NCBI GenBank assembly: GCA_951406725.2
Contig: OX597822.1
Location: forward strand, 110,484,001 to 110,548,000
Reading direction: 5' to 3'
Source of the DNA: Octopus vulgaris
Lineage: Eukaryota
DNA: 64,000 nucleotides
The notes under the pieces were generated by a model. The model made no database searches, had not been told where the DNA came from, and saw nothing but the letters and a program-made list of their open reading frames with translations. Made by a program: the position numbers and the translations under genes. Below, one piece after another: positions 1 to 13,866 of the stretch (positions are counted from its first letter, which is position 1; each line of letters opens with the position of its first letter).

Positions 1-319
1 TAGTTTACTTTTGAAAAATCAATATTGATTTCATCATTTTATATTATCACCCAAAAAATGTGATAAAAGTTAAATTATTATTAATGTATCGTATGTCATA
101 TTTTCCCGTATTATACATCGTCGTGAAAGCATAAAATTCAAAGTTTTACATACATGCATACATACATACATACACACATACATACATACATAAGATTAGA
201 CATGAATAATCTCCCTTTCATTTTTTTATTGTAATAAATTTGACTTACAGCCGTTTCCAGCAATCATTATAGGTTCGTTATTAATAGGTTTATTCAATCG
301 AGCCCATTAATCAGTAAAC

Positions 320-356
<37 letters not shown>

Positions 357-2776
357 CATCCGTGTGTGCGTATGCGTGCGTGTGTGTGTGTGAGTGTATA
401 TATACATGGGCGTGCACACATACATAAATATTGAGAGAGACGGTGGAAGAAAAAGAAAGAGAGAGAGAGGGGTAACTTCAACTGCGTGTTGATATTTGGG
501 CAAAACATGCCAATTCTTAGCGTGTAAAACTTATTTTCCCAAGTTTGTTTAGTATTATGAACTATTCTGATATGCAAAATGTAGGTTCTCTGGTTTTCTA
601 AGAAAATATGATACGCGAATGTTTTCATTTCTATTCTCAGAAGCCATAACTTGGAAGCATTAACTTAATTCATTAGCGATATAACGAAAGCTAAACTTGA
701 GATAATGTGAAGTGGTGTAGTTAAAATCTATTCACAAATATATATCATAGATTGAAATTAAAAATAGCTTTACTATATCAGCTATATAAACATCACATTT
801 AAGCTTTTAACATTCGAAATCCTTTTACTAATGTATTTCAAGATTGATTTAAAAATATAATTTATAAAACTTTCAAGATGTTTCACTGTTAAAATGTTCA
901 ACTATTTTCAGTTGTAAGCTCCTGTGATACTTGAGACTGACGCATACACAAATTCACTTCTTCCCACTCTCTTTCCTTTCTCTGTATACATATATAAATA
1001 CATACATAATTACATACATACATATAAAATATGTATATGCATTTATATACTGTATATATTAGTATATATATATTATATGTATGTATATAAACTGGTATGT
1101 ATATGTGTACATGTGTTGGGAAAGTTTTATTAATTAGAAATCCACAGGAAACTTAATATTCTTCTCATATTCATATTTCGGTCTGGTGAATTCTACACGA
1201 GATAGGTATCACGTGATGTCTGTGTTCCATCTCAATTGTTTTGAGTTCGAATCACGACAGAAGAAGAGACTCTTTGTTAGAGTTTTTAATATTTTGTATT
1301 TCTGGAGCGATTAGAAAATAATACAACATATTAACGATATATTCCTAATGAAATCAGAATTATTATTCTTTAGAAAGAACTCCTGCCAGCAAAGTTTTAA
1401 ATATTGTACGTAATTCAGGATGCGGGGCTATATAATATTGCAGATTCTCTTTCAGCGTCTGAGAATATGTCGTTTTACCACACTTCCCGGTATTCTCAAG
1501 CAATGGAAAATAGCAGATTATTTTTAATGGTGGAACTCGAAGAACATAAATCTATAAATAATAGGGTGTAGACTACAAAGTTAAAAGACCTCGGACTATA
1601 AGTAATAGCATGCAGAATATTGAATTAAAGAACCCCGGGGACCTTCGGCTTTTTTTCCACCGAAGGGTATTTTTTAATCTATTATTCTACGCACTAACAT
1701 TTTATATATTCATCGATTTCGAGTTTCATTTTGAAAAATAATTTATCTGATATATCTCGACGTTTCTATATTCTCATAATAATCATCGAATTGAAAATAA
1801 TTGAAATATCGCCAAAGAAATAAACCTGGCATTATGATAGTATAAGTGTAGTATTAATTACTTCTTCATTATTAAGTCACTTAGTTTGAAATACTTTTGA
1901 GGTAACTACCTGCAGAAACATTTTATCAAAGTTATCATTTCGTGTATTAAAGAGTAGTTTCATTTAAGCAGAACATATTTGTCATTAATCATAATCTTTT
2001 AAAAAATAAAGCATAACCTTTCTGAGGAGCCCTTCATTCTTTTAGTTGTATTCAAAAATATAAATGTTGTACCAAAAGAATAACTAACTAGAATAAGAAG
2101 GCATTAAGTTCCCAGTCATTTCAAGGATTACGAAGAAATTAATTATGGAAATATGTTAGGTGGAAGATTTAAATGCATGATTTTCCGCAAAGATATGGAT
2201 ATAATATGTATCTCCATAAATATCTGAATGCTGTACTTATATCTGAGCATTATGGTAAATACCTCGTAATTCATTTGAAAACAAATACTCTGTATCTTAC
2301 AGAAACTATGAAACGATGCAATTACACAGTATGACAAAATCATAATTGTGATGAAACTTTTACAATTTACGTTATGTAGTTGTTAAACGGGGTTGCAGGG
2401 TCGAAAAAGTCCTGAATTGTTAGATAAGATCACTAAAACCGTAAGCCGGAGAATATCTTTACGTTGCCTCGCGTTATGCCGCTTTACATATTTGATTGGT
2501 GAGATTATTAGCATATGTCATGTTTTGTTTAAGTAAATTAAACAGCGACCATTTAAATTACGAATTATGATTGAATCCTGTCGAATGGAAATATTCCATG
2601 CGGTATATTTAATGAGAAAGGCTCATTAATTAATATCGCTGTAATTTAATGACATCCTTCAAATGGTTAAATTAGATGTTCGGATTCATTGATATCAACA
2701 TTAATGCCTTTGATTGATTATGGAAAGTGTGTCTCACATAAAAGCTGGGCTATTTAACAGATCTTATACTCCCTAG

Positions 2777-3267
2777 GGTGGAAGCGCAATGGCTCAGTGG
2801 TTAGGGCAGCGGACTCGCGGTTTCGATTCCCAGACCGGGCATTGTGAGCGAACACACCTAAAGCTCCACGAGGCTCCGACAGGGGGTGGTGACAAACCCT
2901 GCTTTACTCTTTCACTACAACTTTCTCTCACTCTTCCTGTTTTTGTTGTATCTGTATTTTCAAACGGTCAGCTTTGTCACACACTGTGTCACGCTGAATC
3001 TCCCCGACAAATACGTTAAAGGTACACGTGTCTGTGGAGTGCTCAGCCACTTGCACGTTAATAAATGAGCTGCGACGTCACAGGTGCCAAGCTGTATCAG
3101 TCTTTACCTTTCCCTTGGATAACATCTGTGGTGTGGAGAGGGGAGCCTGGTATCCGTGGGCGACTGCTGATCTTCCATAAACAACCTTGCTCAGACTTGT
3201 GCCTCGGAGGCTAACTTTCTAGGTGCAATCCCATGGTCATTCATGACCGAAGGGGGCCACAACAACA
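2777..3267 (+). mobile_element. tRNA-derived SINE, family A, tail variant A1
   Basis: Head GTGGAAGCGCAATGGCTCAGTGGTTAGGGCAGCGGACTCGCGG carries A-box and B-box-like motifs. Ends in an (ACA)n tail. 11-bp TSD ATACTCCCTAG at 2766-2776 and 3268-3278. The head is shared with copies at 17528, 32531, 59659, 60331 and 62351. Confidence 0.9.
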
Positions 3268-5003
3268 ATACTCCCTAGTGATGAAATACGAACCCTCAAT
3301 AACAGATGGTCATTTCGAATCAGTCAGTTGCAACTCACAAAGTGCCAAATAAGTTTATTTAAAAGAAGAAAACCATACATAAATATATATTGACTACATG
3401 GTTAAAGGTGTCAAAATCTAATTTACCAATCATAGAACTATATTGGTATATTGATTTTGTACAGCCGTTTATTCGAATCTGACACAAAGATCAGTTATAG
3501 TCTTGAATGAAAGAACGATACATCGATGTCACAAGTTGCGAATTGTTTATTTTACCAATGTTTAGAAAGTGACATTGCTTAGTAATAAAACATCATCCTT
3601 AAATGTTACGACCACACATATACACGCTGTGTAATGTTGACCCTAAATATTAAATTATTTTTTCCAGCGTGTAATCATTTTATTTAAGGCAATACTTAAA
3701 TAGTTTATCCGTAAGAATAATATTCTATATAGAATTACAGGCTCTGTTTGCTAGAGGGAAATATTGCACTTAATTCTTTTGTATTGTAATTGTTAATGTA
3801 TTGGTTATAGGCTTTTACAAACTTGGACTGGATATATATTCTTGTTTCCTAGCTGGATACTTTTGAACAGATGACAGCTGTTTCTGTCGACAAAGAATTG
3901 CTCTGGTATTACGATTAAGTTATTTTCTTATTTATACACAAAGCAGAAATATTTTAAAAGAGAAATACAAGTCAGACATTTTTTCTCCCGACACTTGAGA
4001 GAATGCAACGGTACTTAAATATTCAAGACTGCTGTTTAATCGAGTTGTTGTAGAAAGCATACAATTTCTCTTTCACATTACGATTCGCTGCTGTCAACTG
4101 GGATTTTAACAGTTAATACAAGAAAGACATGTTGTCAATACTAATGGCAAATATTTAGAAAATGTACCATTTGTGGAACGTTCCAACCACCAAGTAAAGT
4201 TGAGGAAGAAGGCAAATTCATACATAAAATATAAAAGCATGTTTTTCTTTCATTTACCGAAAAAATCTCGAACATGTTTAAGTGGGAATGTTGTATGCAG
4301 TATTATTCAGCTAAACTGCCTTTTATGAGCAAAACAGCCCCATCAGAATGTCACACCTACTTAAACCTTCTTACTGTATATTTCCATTGTAGAAATGTTT
4401 ATTAGGAGTGTTACAAGGCTTAATGTTCATGGACAAGACTCTTAACGGAAGATTTTATCGGATTAATATTGAAATACGTTGTGTTGTTCCGGTGAAGCTA
4501 TTCTTCTCTTTTCGGAAATAAAATATGTTTAAATGTGTTTCTTTATCAAAGATAATGTGTTCCATGCTGGTGATATTTTGCTTGGACAGGTGAAAGTAAC
4601 TCTTGACATGCAAACAGGCATGTATTGATTCTACAATGTGACCATGTATCTTCTCCGATTAATAACCAAAATCTACCCAGTCGATAATATCCACGAGACA
4701 CTATATTAATTTAGTTGCTCTCTTAGAATAAACTATAACTTCTTCTTGTCGTTATCTCTCGCCCTCCATTTTTTTCTTTTTCGCTTCTGATAGAAGTTTT
4801 GCGTAGTTATTTCTCCTACATGTTTTCTCTTCTAGAATATTAGTAATTGATGCTCAATTTGAAAATTAGGTTAGAAATTTTTTTAAATGTTCTTTTCAAC
4901 TTTATTTTCTCTCCTTATTGGTTACTCGTTAAATCAATGTGTAAGTTATACTTTTAGTATATGTCTGGTATGTATTCTACAAACCTTTCGAGGATCGACA
5001 CTA

Positions 5004-5569
5004 TTGGGTGGTCCGGAAAGTTCGTGCCGATTTTTAAAGGAAAGAAAAAGGTCAATAAATACTGGCCATTATATTTTTAATCAACCAAATATGAACCATT
5101 TTGTGGCACAATGCGTCTCCATCTTCTCTTTAATTTGAAAATACCCTCTTCCCAGAATTGAGGTGGCTTCATGGCAAAGAATTCGTCAAGGTATCTTTTT
5201 ACATCATCCAAGGAATTGAAACTTTTACCATTAAGACTATTCTGCAGAGACTTGAATAAGTGGAAATCCGAAGGAGCAACACCTGGTGAATATGGAGGCT
5301 GGGGTAACATATCCCAGCCGAGCTGCAGCAATTTTTGTCTGGTTCACAAACCATCAAGTGCCGAAAATGAACTTTCTTATCTTCCATTTTAAAGGGTTAC
5401 AGAATTAACACAGTTTATTGGAACATAAACCTTCTTCCACGAAAAGATAGCTTAAACTGTGCTCTAAATGCAGGTGTAGTCAAATCCTATTTTATGGACA
5501 CAACCATGTTCTAAAATAAGTCGAAAGGTAAGCTACTATAAATCGGCACGAACTTTCCGGACAGCCCAA
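5004..5569 (-). mobile_element. Internally deleted mariner transposon (non-autonomous)
   Basis: 30-bp TIRs TTGGG(TG/CT)GTCCGGAAAGTTCGTGCCGATTT with TA on both sides (5002-5003, 5570-5571). The minus strand joins the N-terminus MEDKKVHFRHLM to the C-terminus LGWDMLPQPPYSPGVAPSDFHLFKSLQNSL, which matches the mariner PYSPDLAPSD motif. Confidence 0.93.
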
Positions 5570-5789
5570 TACATTGATTTCAAACAGTGTTTAAATAATA
5601 TATCGATAAAATCGGTTCAAAGAAAAAAAAAGAGACTACTGATGATCTGAAATATATGATGTGTATATGTGTGAAGGAGATGTTAAAAGACAGTATTGAC
5701 GTATACAACCTGCAGTCACACTTATAATTAAACGTCAGCAGTATCTGGAGCAAAGGTGGAGTGCAATCTCATCATTTTCTATTTATTAA

Positions 5790-6445
5790 AGCAGCGACCT
5801 GGAAGAATTGTTGGAGTGTTGGAGAAAACGCCTTGCGATATTTAGTTAGGCACCTTACGTACTGGGTTCAGATCCTATCAAGTAGACTTTAATTTTATCC
5901 TTTTGTTGTCGATAAAATACCTATTTCTTTACTACCCACAAGGGGCTAGACACAGAGAGAGAGGACGAACAAGGACAAACAAACGGATTAAGTCGATTAT
6001 ATCGACTCCAGTGCGTAACTGGTACTTATTTAATCGACCCCGAAAGGATGAAAGGCAAAGTCGACCTCGGCGGAATTTGAACTCAGAACGTAGCGGCAGA
6101 CGAAATACCTATTTCTTTATTACCCACAAGGGGCTAAACACAGAGCGGACAAACAAGGACAGACATAGGTATTAAGTCGATTACAACGACCCCAGTGCGT
6201 AACTGGTACTTATTTAATCGACCCCAAAAGAATGAAAGGCAAAGTCGACCTCGGCTGAATTTGAACTCAGAACGTAGCGGCAGACGAAATACCGCTAAGC
6301 ATTTCACCCGGCGTGCTAACGTTTCTGCCAGCTTGCCGCTTTTTGTCGATAAAATACCGTACAAGTAATGGACTGCGGGCAATGGTATTGACTAAACCCG
6401 ATCCTTTAAATTTGCAGTACTTGTGCCTAAATCAGGAACAATAAT
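5790..6445 (+). mobile_element. Old degenerate SINE-B2 copy split by a younger SINE-B dimer
   Basis: Diverged head and body at 5790-5921. The sequence resumes at 6343-6445 (AGTAATGGACTGCGGG...CTTGTGCCTAAA). Confidence 0.6.
5922..6342 (-). mobile_element. SINE-B dimer (one full unit plus one headless unit)
   Basis: Two tandem units join at GACGAAATACC|TATTTCTTT near 6110. A single 16-bp TSD TTGTCGATAAAATACC lies at 5906-5921 and 6343-6358. Confidence 0.9.
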
Positions 6446-8370
6446 TTCCTCGAATTTTCCCTATTACTGAAAAGGTGAAGGGTCTTAAATGGTGATATTC
6501 ATAGTCAGAGACATCGATATTCCTTATGGCTATTCAATGCATGAAACCTATGTAGAAAATTATGAATATTACGTGGAATATTATGGTGTACTCAAGCAGC
6601 TCCAATTTCAGATGAATCTAAAGAGAAACTATTCGTAATATTATATCAAATCTAATACATTCGGAAAGGCCAGGGGAAGGCACACGAGAAACCGGTTTGA
6701 CGACAACGCTTGTCTAATGCAGGCAAAGTTAACACATGTTCAGGTACTTAGTCTAGAAAACTTGGGTAACTGAAACACTAAACACAGCTAAGTAGATGTT
6801 GTAGGCAAAAGCATGAGGAAATACAAGCATTAAATTCCAACTCATAGCATGCATTAATCCATTATTTTAGCCACTCATTCATTTTACTTGCATATCATTC
6901 ACATATAAATCACGATGTTTACATTTTCAGCAATGGATACATACAATATTTTACGGGGAGAAATGATTTTTCGGACAACTTTGTAGAGTCGTATGGATAT
7001 GTTCTATGATATCATTTGATACAAATCATTCTGTAAAAGTTTCTTTTTGCTTCATCTTTGGTTGAATGCATTAAGAAACGAATCATAAACCAAAACTATT
7101 ACTGAACAATATTATTGAAGCAATCATTCTCATGCGAGTATAGTATTGCATTGCATGTATGTTCAAAGAAAAAGCAGTTAATGCTGTATTACACAGCAAG
7201 AGAACATTTTTGTCAAATGACACAGAGTAATAAAATAAGCAGCATCAGCGGGTTCATATGTTGATTTATATTTATCGATGAAAATATCAAGCTAACTGTA
7301 AATAGGTTATGAACAACATACATCGCGAATAATATGATGGAATCTTCTAAAAACAATCTGAAGGCGCAATACTCCAAAAAGATTCTATAGTTAGAAAACA
7401 TAATGGTGTGAATTGTAATTATAGAATGTCAAGTTCCATCTGGTTATAGATTATGCAGAACTGCATTCCAATCTTCTAGGTGGTACTGTGCTGCATTAAT
7501 GGTGTTGAATCTCGCTGGATAATGTCAGTTACTGTTCAGAATAACAAATGTTCTGGGAGAAAAATAACCCATTAGTTATATCCCAATTACGAGAATTTAA
7601 ATGCTGCGGTCTATGGACGTGTATGCAGAGATATTAGAAATGTGCATAATCTTATACTTGACAACTATCCTGCCCCTTATATCTTATCCGACATTACTAC
7701 ATCTATCCAGTCTCTCAGTGTTCTTGCATAATATCTAAGTATCAAACTAACGGCAGAAATCAGTTTAAGTTCACAAAATATGTTCCTTATGAAAATTGAA
7801 ACTGATATATTCTAAAATTTGAATGTACGTATCATTTATGAGAAGGCGCTATAATTAAGAAATTTCGGTGCAAAAAGAAAAGATAAATGTAGCGCCAGTT
7901 TGATACTTAGATATTAAATAGCAACACTGGAAGATTGGATAGATATAGTAATGTCGAATATTGTAATGCTCGAAATCATAAGAAAATTTATATTTGGAAC
8001 TTGAACATTTTCTAAAGGTTCTTAACTGTGCATTTAAAATATAGTTGAAGTGATTTTTTTTTCACTCAGTCGTACATGACATAAAACCTATAATTAACCG
8101 TCGATTGTATATTTTTGTAATTTAAATCTGGAAAACTCTAAATGCTCAAAAAATAGTTTGGAAACTCTGAATGTGTTTGAACAGAACTTCGTCTTTGTGC
8201 TCAGCAGCACATAAATGTATTATTTCGATTAGATGTATTAGTATAACGCTCAGGAATAGAAAAAACCTTTTACGTTTCGAGCCTACGCTCTTCTATAGAA
8301 AGGGACACAGAAAAAACACGGAGAGAAAAAAACATGTGTGTAGTGGCTAACGATCTATCATGGCGACTGG

Positions 8371-9272
8371 TAGCTGAAAGATTAGAATTAATCAAAGGCC
8401 ATACTAAGTATGTCTACCTGCTGGAAATAACAGTCAAAACTCTTTTTTCAGTCACCTAAGCACACTGATACTAACTACAGAAATAAACGGGCTAAAACAA
8501 TCTCCTAACGTACATTCAAGTATTTGGACTCATGTGCACCGGTTTCTGCCCTGGCAAAATAACTCCTACTTCCTCAGCACGCGTTACCATGATAGAGACT
8601 CCCAATCCGTCGCGTTGAATTATGCGCATCAACTGATTCGTTTTGCGCCGAATCCTGGCAGCCACCAGTGTGAACGTAATTCCAATACGGTGCAAATGAT
8701 TAACGGGAAAATATTTGTGAAGATATGATTGACTCTATTATTATCAAGTTTAACAGTTTAAAAATGATAATAACAGAATGAATAGTATAGGCGATTGCAG
8801 GCCCAAAAGAAAGTATTAAATAGCTGAAAGATTAAAATTAATCAAAGGACATACTAAGTATGTTTAAGTGCTGGAAGTAACAGTCAAAACTCGTATTTTA
8901 ATCGCCAAAATACATTCATAATAACTACAGAATTCAACTGTCCGAAGGCAAACGGGCTGAGACAATCTCTCAGCATACATTCAGGTATTTGGATTCGCGT
9001 AGACCGGTTTCTGTACCGGCATAATAGCCTCAACTTCCTCAGCACGCGTTACCAAGTGGGAGAGCCCTAATCCATCGCATTGACGTCTGCGCTGCAATTG
9101 ATTCGTTTTCCTCCGATTCCTGGCAGCCACCAGTGTGAAAATGATTTCAATATGGCGCAAATAATTTATGAGATGTAGGCCTGCAATCGCCTATTACTAT
9201 TAATAGTATTATTATCACTTTTTAAAAGTTTACACTAGATGAGTATAGTCAATCATATCTTCATAAATATTT
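8371..9272. repeat. Diverged duplication with architecture A - B - A' - inverted B
   Basis: A (8371-~8702) and A' (8821-~9166) are direct repeats, both starting TAGCTGAAAGATTA. B (8709-8803) is the reverse complement of 9178-9272. Confidence 0.85.
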
Positions 9273-9743
9273 GCTCCGTGTGTATATATATATATATGCC
9301 AATAGATATTCGTGGATATATATGTATTTATTTATATACATATAGAAGTACATACACTCGCACACAAGGATAAATAGAAAGACATTCCAATAAAATTTTG
9401 AATAACTCTTAGAATGAAAATTTTCTAAGGAAAAACGTTAGTGAGAAAAAACTATTAACGGTGTGATATTTTTATATTTAACTGGCTGCTTGGATGAGAG
9501 AACTGTTTTACTAAATACGCAACATGACCCTAGGTGGAATTTGAAATACTTTAATTTCGATGCAATTTAAAAGTAATTAGTTTCAATTGTGAATCTAATT
9601 AAACGAAACTGAGCTGAAGGAAATGAAATAGTAATTCAGTGAACTGTTATCAGATCTGCTAGTGAACTTCAACTGACTCTTAAAGGAGATATTTCTGTGA
9701 AAACGAAGTCAATTCTCAGATATTTATTATAATTACAGTGGCC

Positions 9744-9756
9744 TATATATATATAC

Positions 9757-9840
<84 letters not shown>
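9744..9840. repeat. (TA)n(TG)n microsatellite flanking the Penelope element
   Basis: Seen directly. Mirrored by (CA)n(TA)n at 11439-11525. Confidence 0.95.
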
Positions 9841-9842
<2 letters not shown>

Positions 9843-9873
9843 GGATGAAAAAGAACACACGAGTTGATATAAA

Positions 9874-11437
9874 TGGAAAAAAAAAGTCAAGGAAGAAAAT
9901 GCTAAAATAATTTTATAAAAAACATTTCAGTACCGGTTTCAGACAGTCAGACTTTTTCAACTGTAAGTATGGAAAACAATTAAATTTTGGAAAAAATTTT
10001 AAAATGTTTCTTAAAAGAATATTTGCATAGTATTCAAGTACAAGGGGCATTTTCCTTGTTTCTGCCTGTCTCTGTCTCTCTTTTGTGGGTTCGAGGTCGT
10101 TGTGAATTCTTAGTAGGGAATAAGAAGAAGAAAAGAAGAAGAAGGAGAAGGAGAAGAAGTAGAAGAAGATGAAGGAGAAGAATGCAGGACTGTTAAATGT
10201 TCAAGTGCCCCAAAAGTGACACGTTGTGGATGGTAGTAGTGATTAAATTCTTGGGATATCTCTTTTGAATGTTTTATTTATAAAATTTGCTTAGGTTTTA
10301 TTCTAAACAGCAATAGTGGTAAAGTTGGGAAGGAGGTGGCACAGGAGGAGCTATAGAAGGGAAAATAAGAATGAATCTAGGTAGTTTGATAGTAGTAGGA
10401 TATTAAATGGTCAAGTGCCCTTTCTGTTTGGGGAATTTTTTCTTGGATCTGTGCAGAGCCATTCTTTTACGCAGATTATTTTTGTTTGACCTATGTATTG
10501 CTCTTGACCCCTAGAGCAGGTTAGTACTTATATCAGGTTCTCTGAAGCACATGTGAAGTTGCTTTTCACTGTGAAAGGTTATCCCTGTTTGAGGGAGAAT
10601 TCTGATCCCTCAATTAAATTGACGCATATCCCACAGTTGGGTCTTCCGCATTCTTTTAACTGACGGCTTCTTTGTTGTTGCTGAGTGTATTCAGGCTCGT
10701 GATAGGGGACGTTTCATAGATTTGGGTTGACTCTTGCTTTTTATGATGGTGAGTGTTTGGAGGATTAAGTTCATTCTGTGGTACCTTTTTTTTAGCAGTG
10801 GAATGTTGTGAAGGATGTTGTCAAAGACTTCATTTTTAAGAGGGTTGTGCGTGGAGATGTATGGTAGGGCTTTTGGTTGTAAATCCTTCTTTAATTTGGG
10901 ATGTTTGAGTTCCTGGATGTTGAGATGAAGGGCACGTTGAAAGCATATGTCAATTAGTGACGGTGGGTAGTTCCTGGTGATAAGGGTATCTTTTAATTCA
11001 TGTAGTCGTGTGTCTCTGGTGCTTGCATTAGAAACTATAGTACATATACCAAGTTGAAGAGGATATTCATTCTGGTGTGTCTGGGGTGGTGGCATGAGTT
11101 AAACGGTAGATATTGCTTGGAGTCCGTGGGCTTATAATATATATCTGTTTCTATTACGTTGTTAGATTTCTTAATGAGGATGTCGAGGGAGGGAAATTGT
11201 TGATGGCTATATTCCATCGTGAATTGAATGTTTATGTCAAGTCCATTTATATGTGCTCGGAATTCTTTAAGTTTCTCTATATTTTCATGAAAACATATAT
11301 TAACCCTATTGCTGTTTAGAATAACACCTAATCGCATTTTATAAACAAAACATTCGAAAGAGATGTCTCAATGATTGAAACCGGTACTGAAATGCGTTTT
11401 CTAAAATTATTTTAGCATTTTCTACCTTGACTTTTTT

Positions 11438-11440
<3 letters not shown>
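9874..11440 (-). mobile_element. 5'-truncated Penelope-like element (RT C-terminus/thumb and GIY-YIG pseudogene) with an inverted pseudo-LTR end
   Basis: Minus-strand peptides INIQFTMEYSHQQFPSLDILI...TDIYYKPTDSKQYLPFNSCH and ICTIVS...RNYPPSLI. A GIY-YIG region FTCASENLI*VLTCSRGQEQYIGQT lies at ~10484-10565. Frameshifts and stops are present. 9874-~9945 is repeated inverted at ~11375-11440. Confidence 0.92.
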
Positions 11441-11529
<89 letters not shown>

Positions 11530-11596
11530 AATTTATCAATGTGGGAAATATGTGTTACTGAGGAAATGTTGCTTTACTATTGAAATATGTTTTTGT

Positions 11597-11945
11597 AAGC
11601 GCAGAACGGGCAAATGGTTACGAAGTTCGCTTTGCAGCAACTAGTTTCCGAGTTCGATTCCATCGAATGCCTGTTTCGGCAAATATAATTTTCCATAGCT
11701 TTGGATCGACAGACAGAAACCTCAATGCATGCTATCAGATGAATTGCACCTGTAATTCAAACGACTACAGTCTCGTTACACATCGTACCATATCGTGCCA
11801 CATCGTGTCACTCTGACTGAGCCTGAGAATTACGTTAAATGTACACATGCATTTACATTTTAATCCAGTTCAGGAACACGTTACCCTGTTGATCGAAGAA
11901 ATGGAATCATTCTCATTATCGAATGATGGTGATCCACCACAACCA
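11597..11945 (+). mobile_element. Highly diverged chimeric SINE (C-like head, A2-like body and tail)
   Basis: Degenerate matches to the family C head and to the family A body TGTCACGCTGAATCTCCCCGAGAACTACGTTAAGGGTACAC. Confidence 0.45.
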
Positions 11946-13628
11946 TTTATCATAATTGAGTGAACATAGAGTGAGATATAAGGTCTTGTTGAATGACGAC
12001 ATGATTTTCATTTTGATTCTTACTGAAAGTAGATATGTTGTAATTACTAGAGAAATATTAATTAACCTACATACATCTTAGTGTGAAGCTAAAGGAGGCC
12101 TGTCTTGTTTTATTATAGTGAAAGCTACGTAAGTTATCTAAATTGGGAAGTTTTGTCAGTGGAAGATTAAATAACGTTGAACTCAACAATCGGAAGTGAT
12201 AGATTTCAGAATTGTCCCATAGTTATTTGTATTTAGTTTCTGGAGTTGCTGACGTTAAAAAATAAAAGGAGATAAGTTTAACGGGAAGGACTTCCAGCTA
12301 ATGGCAAAGCAAATTTTCCAATTGTCACTAAGCTAGTTTCTCTTCCAACTTATGTTTTTCTTCTAAAGAAAACAAACTGAAATTTTAAGATCTTATTTGA
12401 AGGGAAGTTATTTCAAATAATCTGTGTGAAATAGCTATCAAATGTCCTTCCAAACCTTCCCCTTAGTGTTACAGATAAAACTGTTAGACAATATAATTCG
12501 AGATATACTAGCGAGAAGATGGGATAGACACGGCTGGAATGGTCAGTTGGATGACAGGTTTGAACAACCACAACGGCAGCAATAGTAGCGGTAATAGCAA
12601 CAGCAACAGCATGGACTTTGTTTGAAACTTGCTGAATGATTAAAACCATTTAAAAAAATAGCTAGCATTTGTGTCATATGTAATCAGGTTATCAATATAA
12701 CTGCATTATCAATACTTTTGCTCCATTAGGAGACAAAGTAGTACACAGCAGTTTCTCGCTTCAGTTAAGCACATCGATCAGGCTAGATACTTTCTTCTAA
12801 TCTCAATCAAACGATCTTTTAAGACAATGTATACGAGTTAAAAATAAGATTGCAAAATTATGCTAAGTTTTTTTTTCTATTGGTATTTACATAATTATCT
12901 AAACCATAGATGTAACCGTCAGCTGGAATTATATAGATTTAATAAGCGATATTACTTTATAAAGTCTGAGTGCAACGTTCTGAGGAACAGATTTCGAAAA
13001 CAAATGTGTGTTCCTGATGTATATATCTTTTGTCTGTATCTTTTCTCTATCAATGCTTACATTCTGTTGCAAATTGCTTCATTTTTTCTGAAAGTTTTTA
13101 TTCCGAATTGGAAAGCACACTGAAGCGTGTGACTGTGCTGCAACTTATTTTTCACATCAATTGTCTCTCATATCACTTACAGCAAAACTGAATCACAATA
13201 AAGAAAAAAAAAACAGTACGCAATCCGTTTAACAATGAATGCTGGGACAAAACTCGCACAAATATGTTTCAGCTAGCTCCATATAATCCATAGAGAATAT
13301 AAGAGATTTTTTTTCTAGATAAAATTATAGAATATTCTCAAGATAAGAATTTATTATTGTGTTTTTGGTTATCTCATATCGATGTGTTTATTATTGGCTA
13401 AAGTGTACAAAACCTATATTGAAGGTATAACGCACATAGAAATATATTTAAAAAGGGTTAATTACACTAATTATGTTGAAAATTAATAGACATTGATTAT
13501 TATCTTTAAAAACAATTATGAATATTTAACTTTCTTTTGAATACTACCGAGACAGAGTATTTGAAATATGACTACAAAATATTACTTGAGACCTACAATA
13601 TATACCATTAAAGCTGCAGATATTGTAT

Positions 13629-13866
13629 TTTATTTCTTTATTGCCCACAAGAGGCTAAACATAGAGGGGACAAACAAGGACAGACAAACGGATTAAGTCG
13701 ATTACATCGACCCCAGTGCGTAATTGGTACTTAATTTATCAACCCCGAGAGGATGAAAGGCAAAGTCGACCTCGGCGGAATTTGAACTCAGAACGTAACG
13801 GCAGACGAAATACTGCTAAGCATTTCGCCCGGCGTGCTAACGTTTCTGCCAGCTTACCTCCTTGAT
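13629..13866 (-). mobile_element. SINE-B monomer
   Basis: Full unit with 15-bp TSD CTGCAGATATTGTAT at 13614-13628 and 13867-13881. Confidence 0.92.

Noticed and set aside
6655-6860. Possible RTE-like 3' remnant
   Set aside because: Only a vague GRGRP-like resemblance, too degraded to support.
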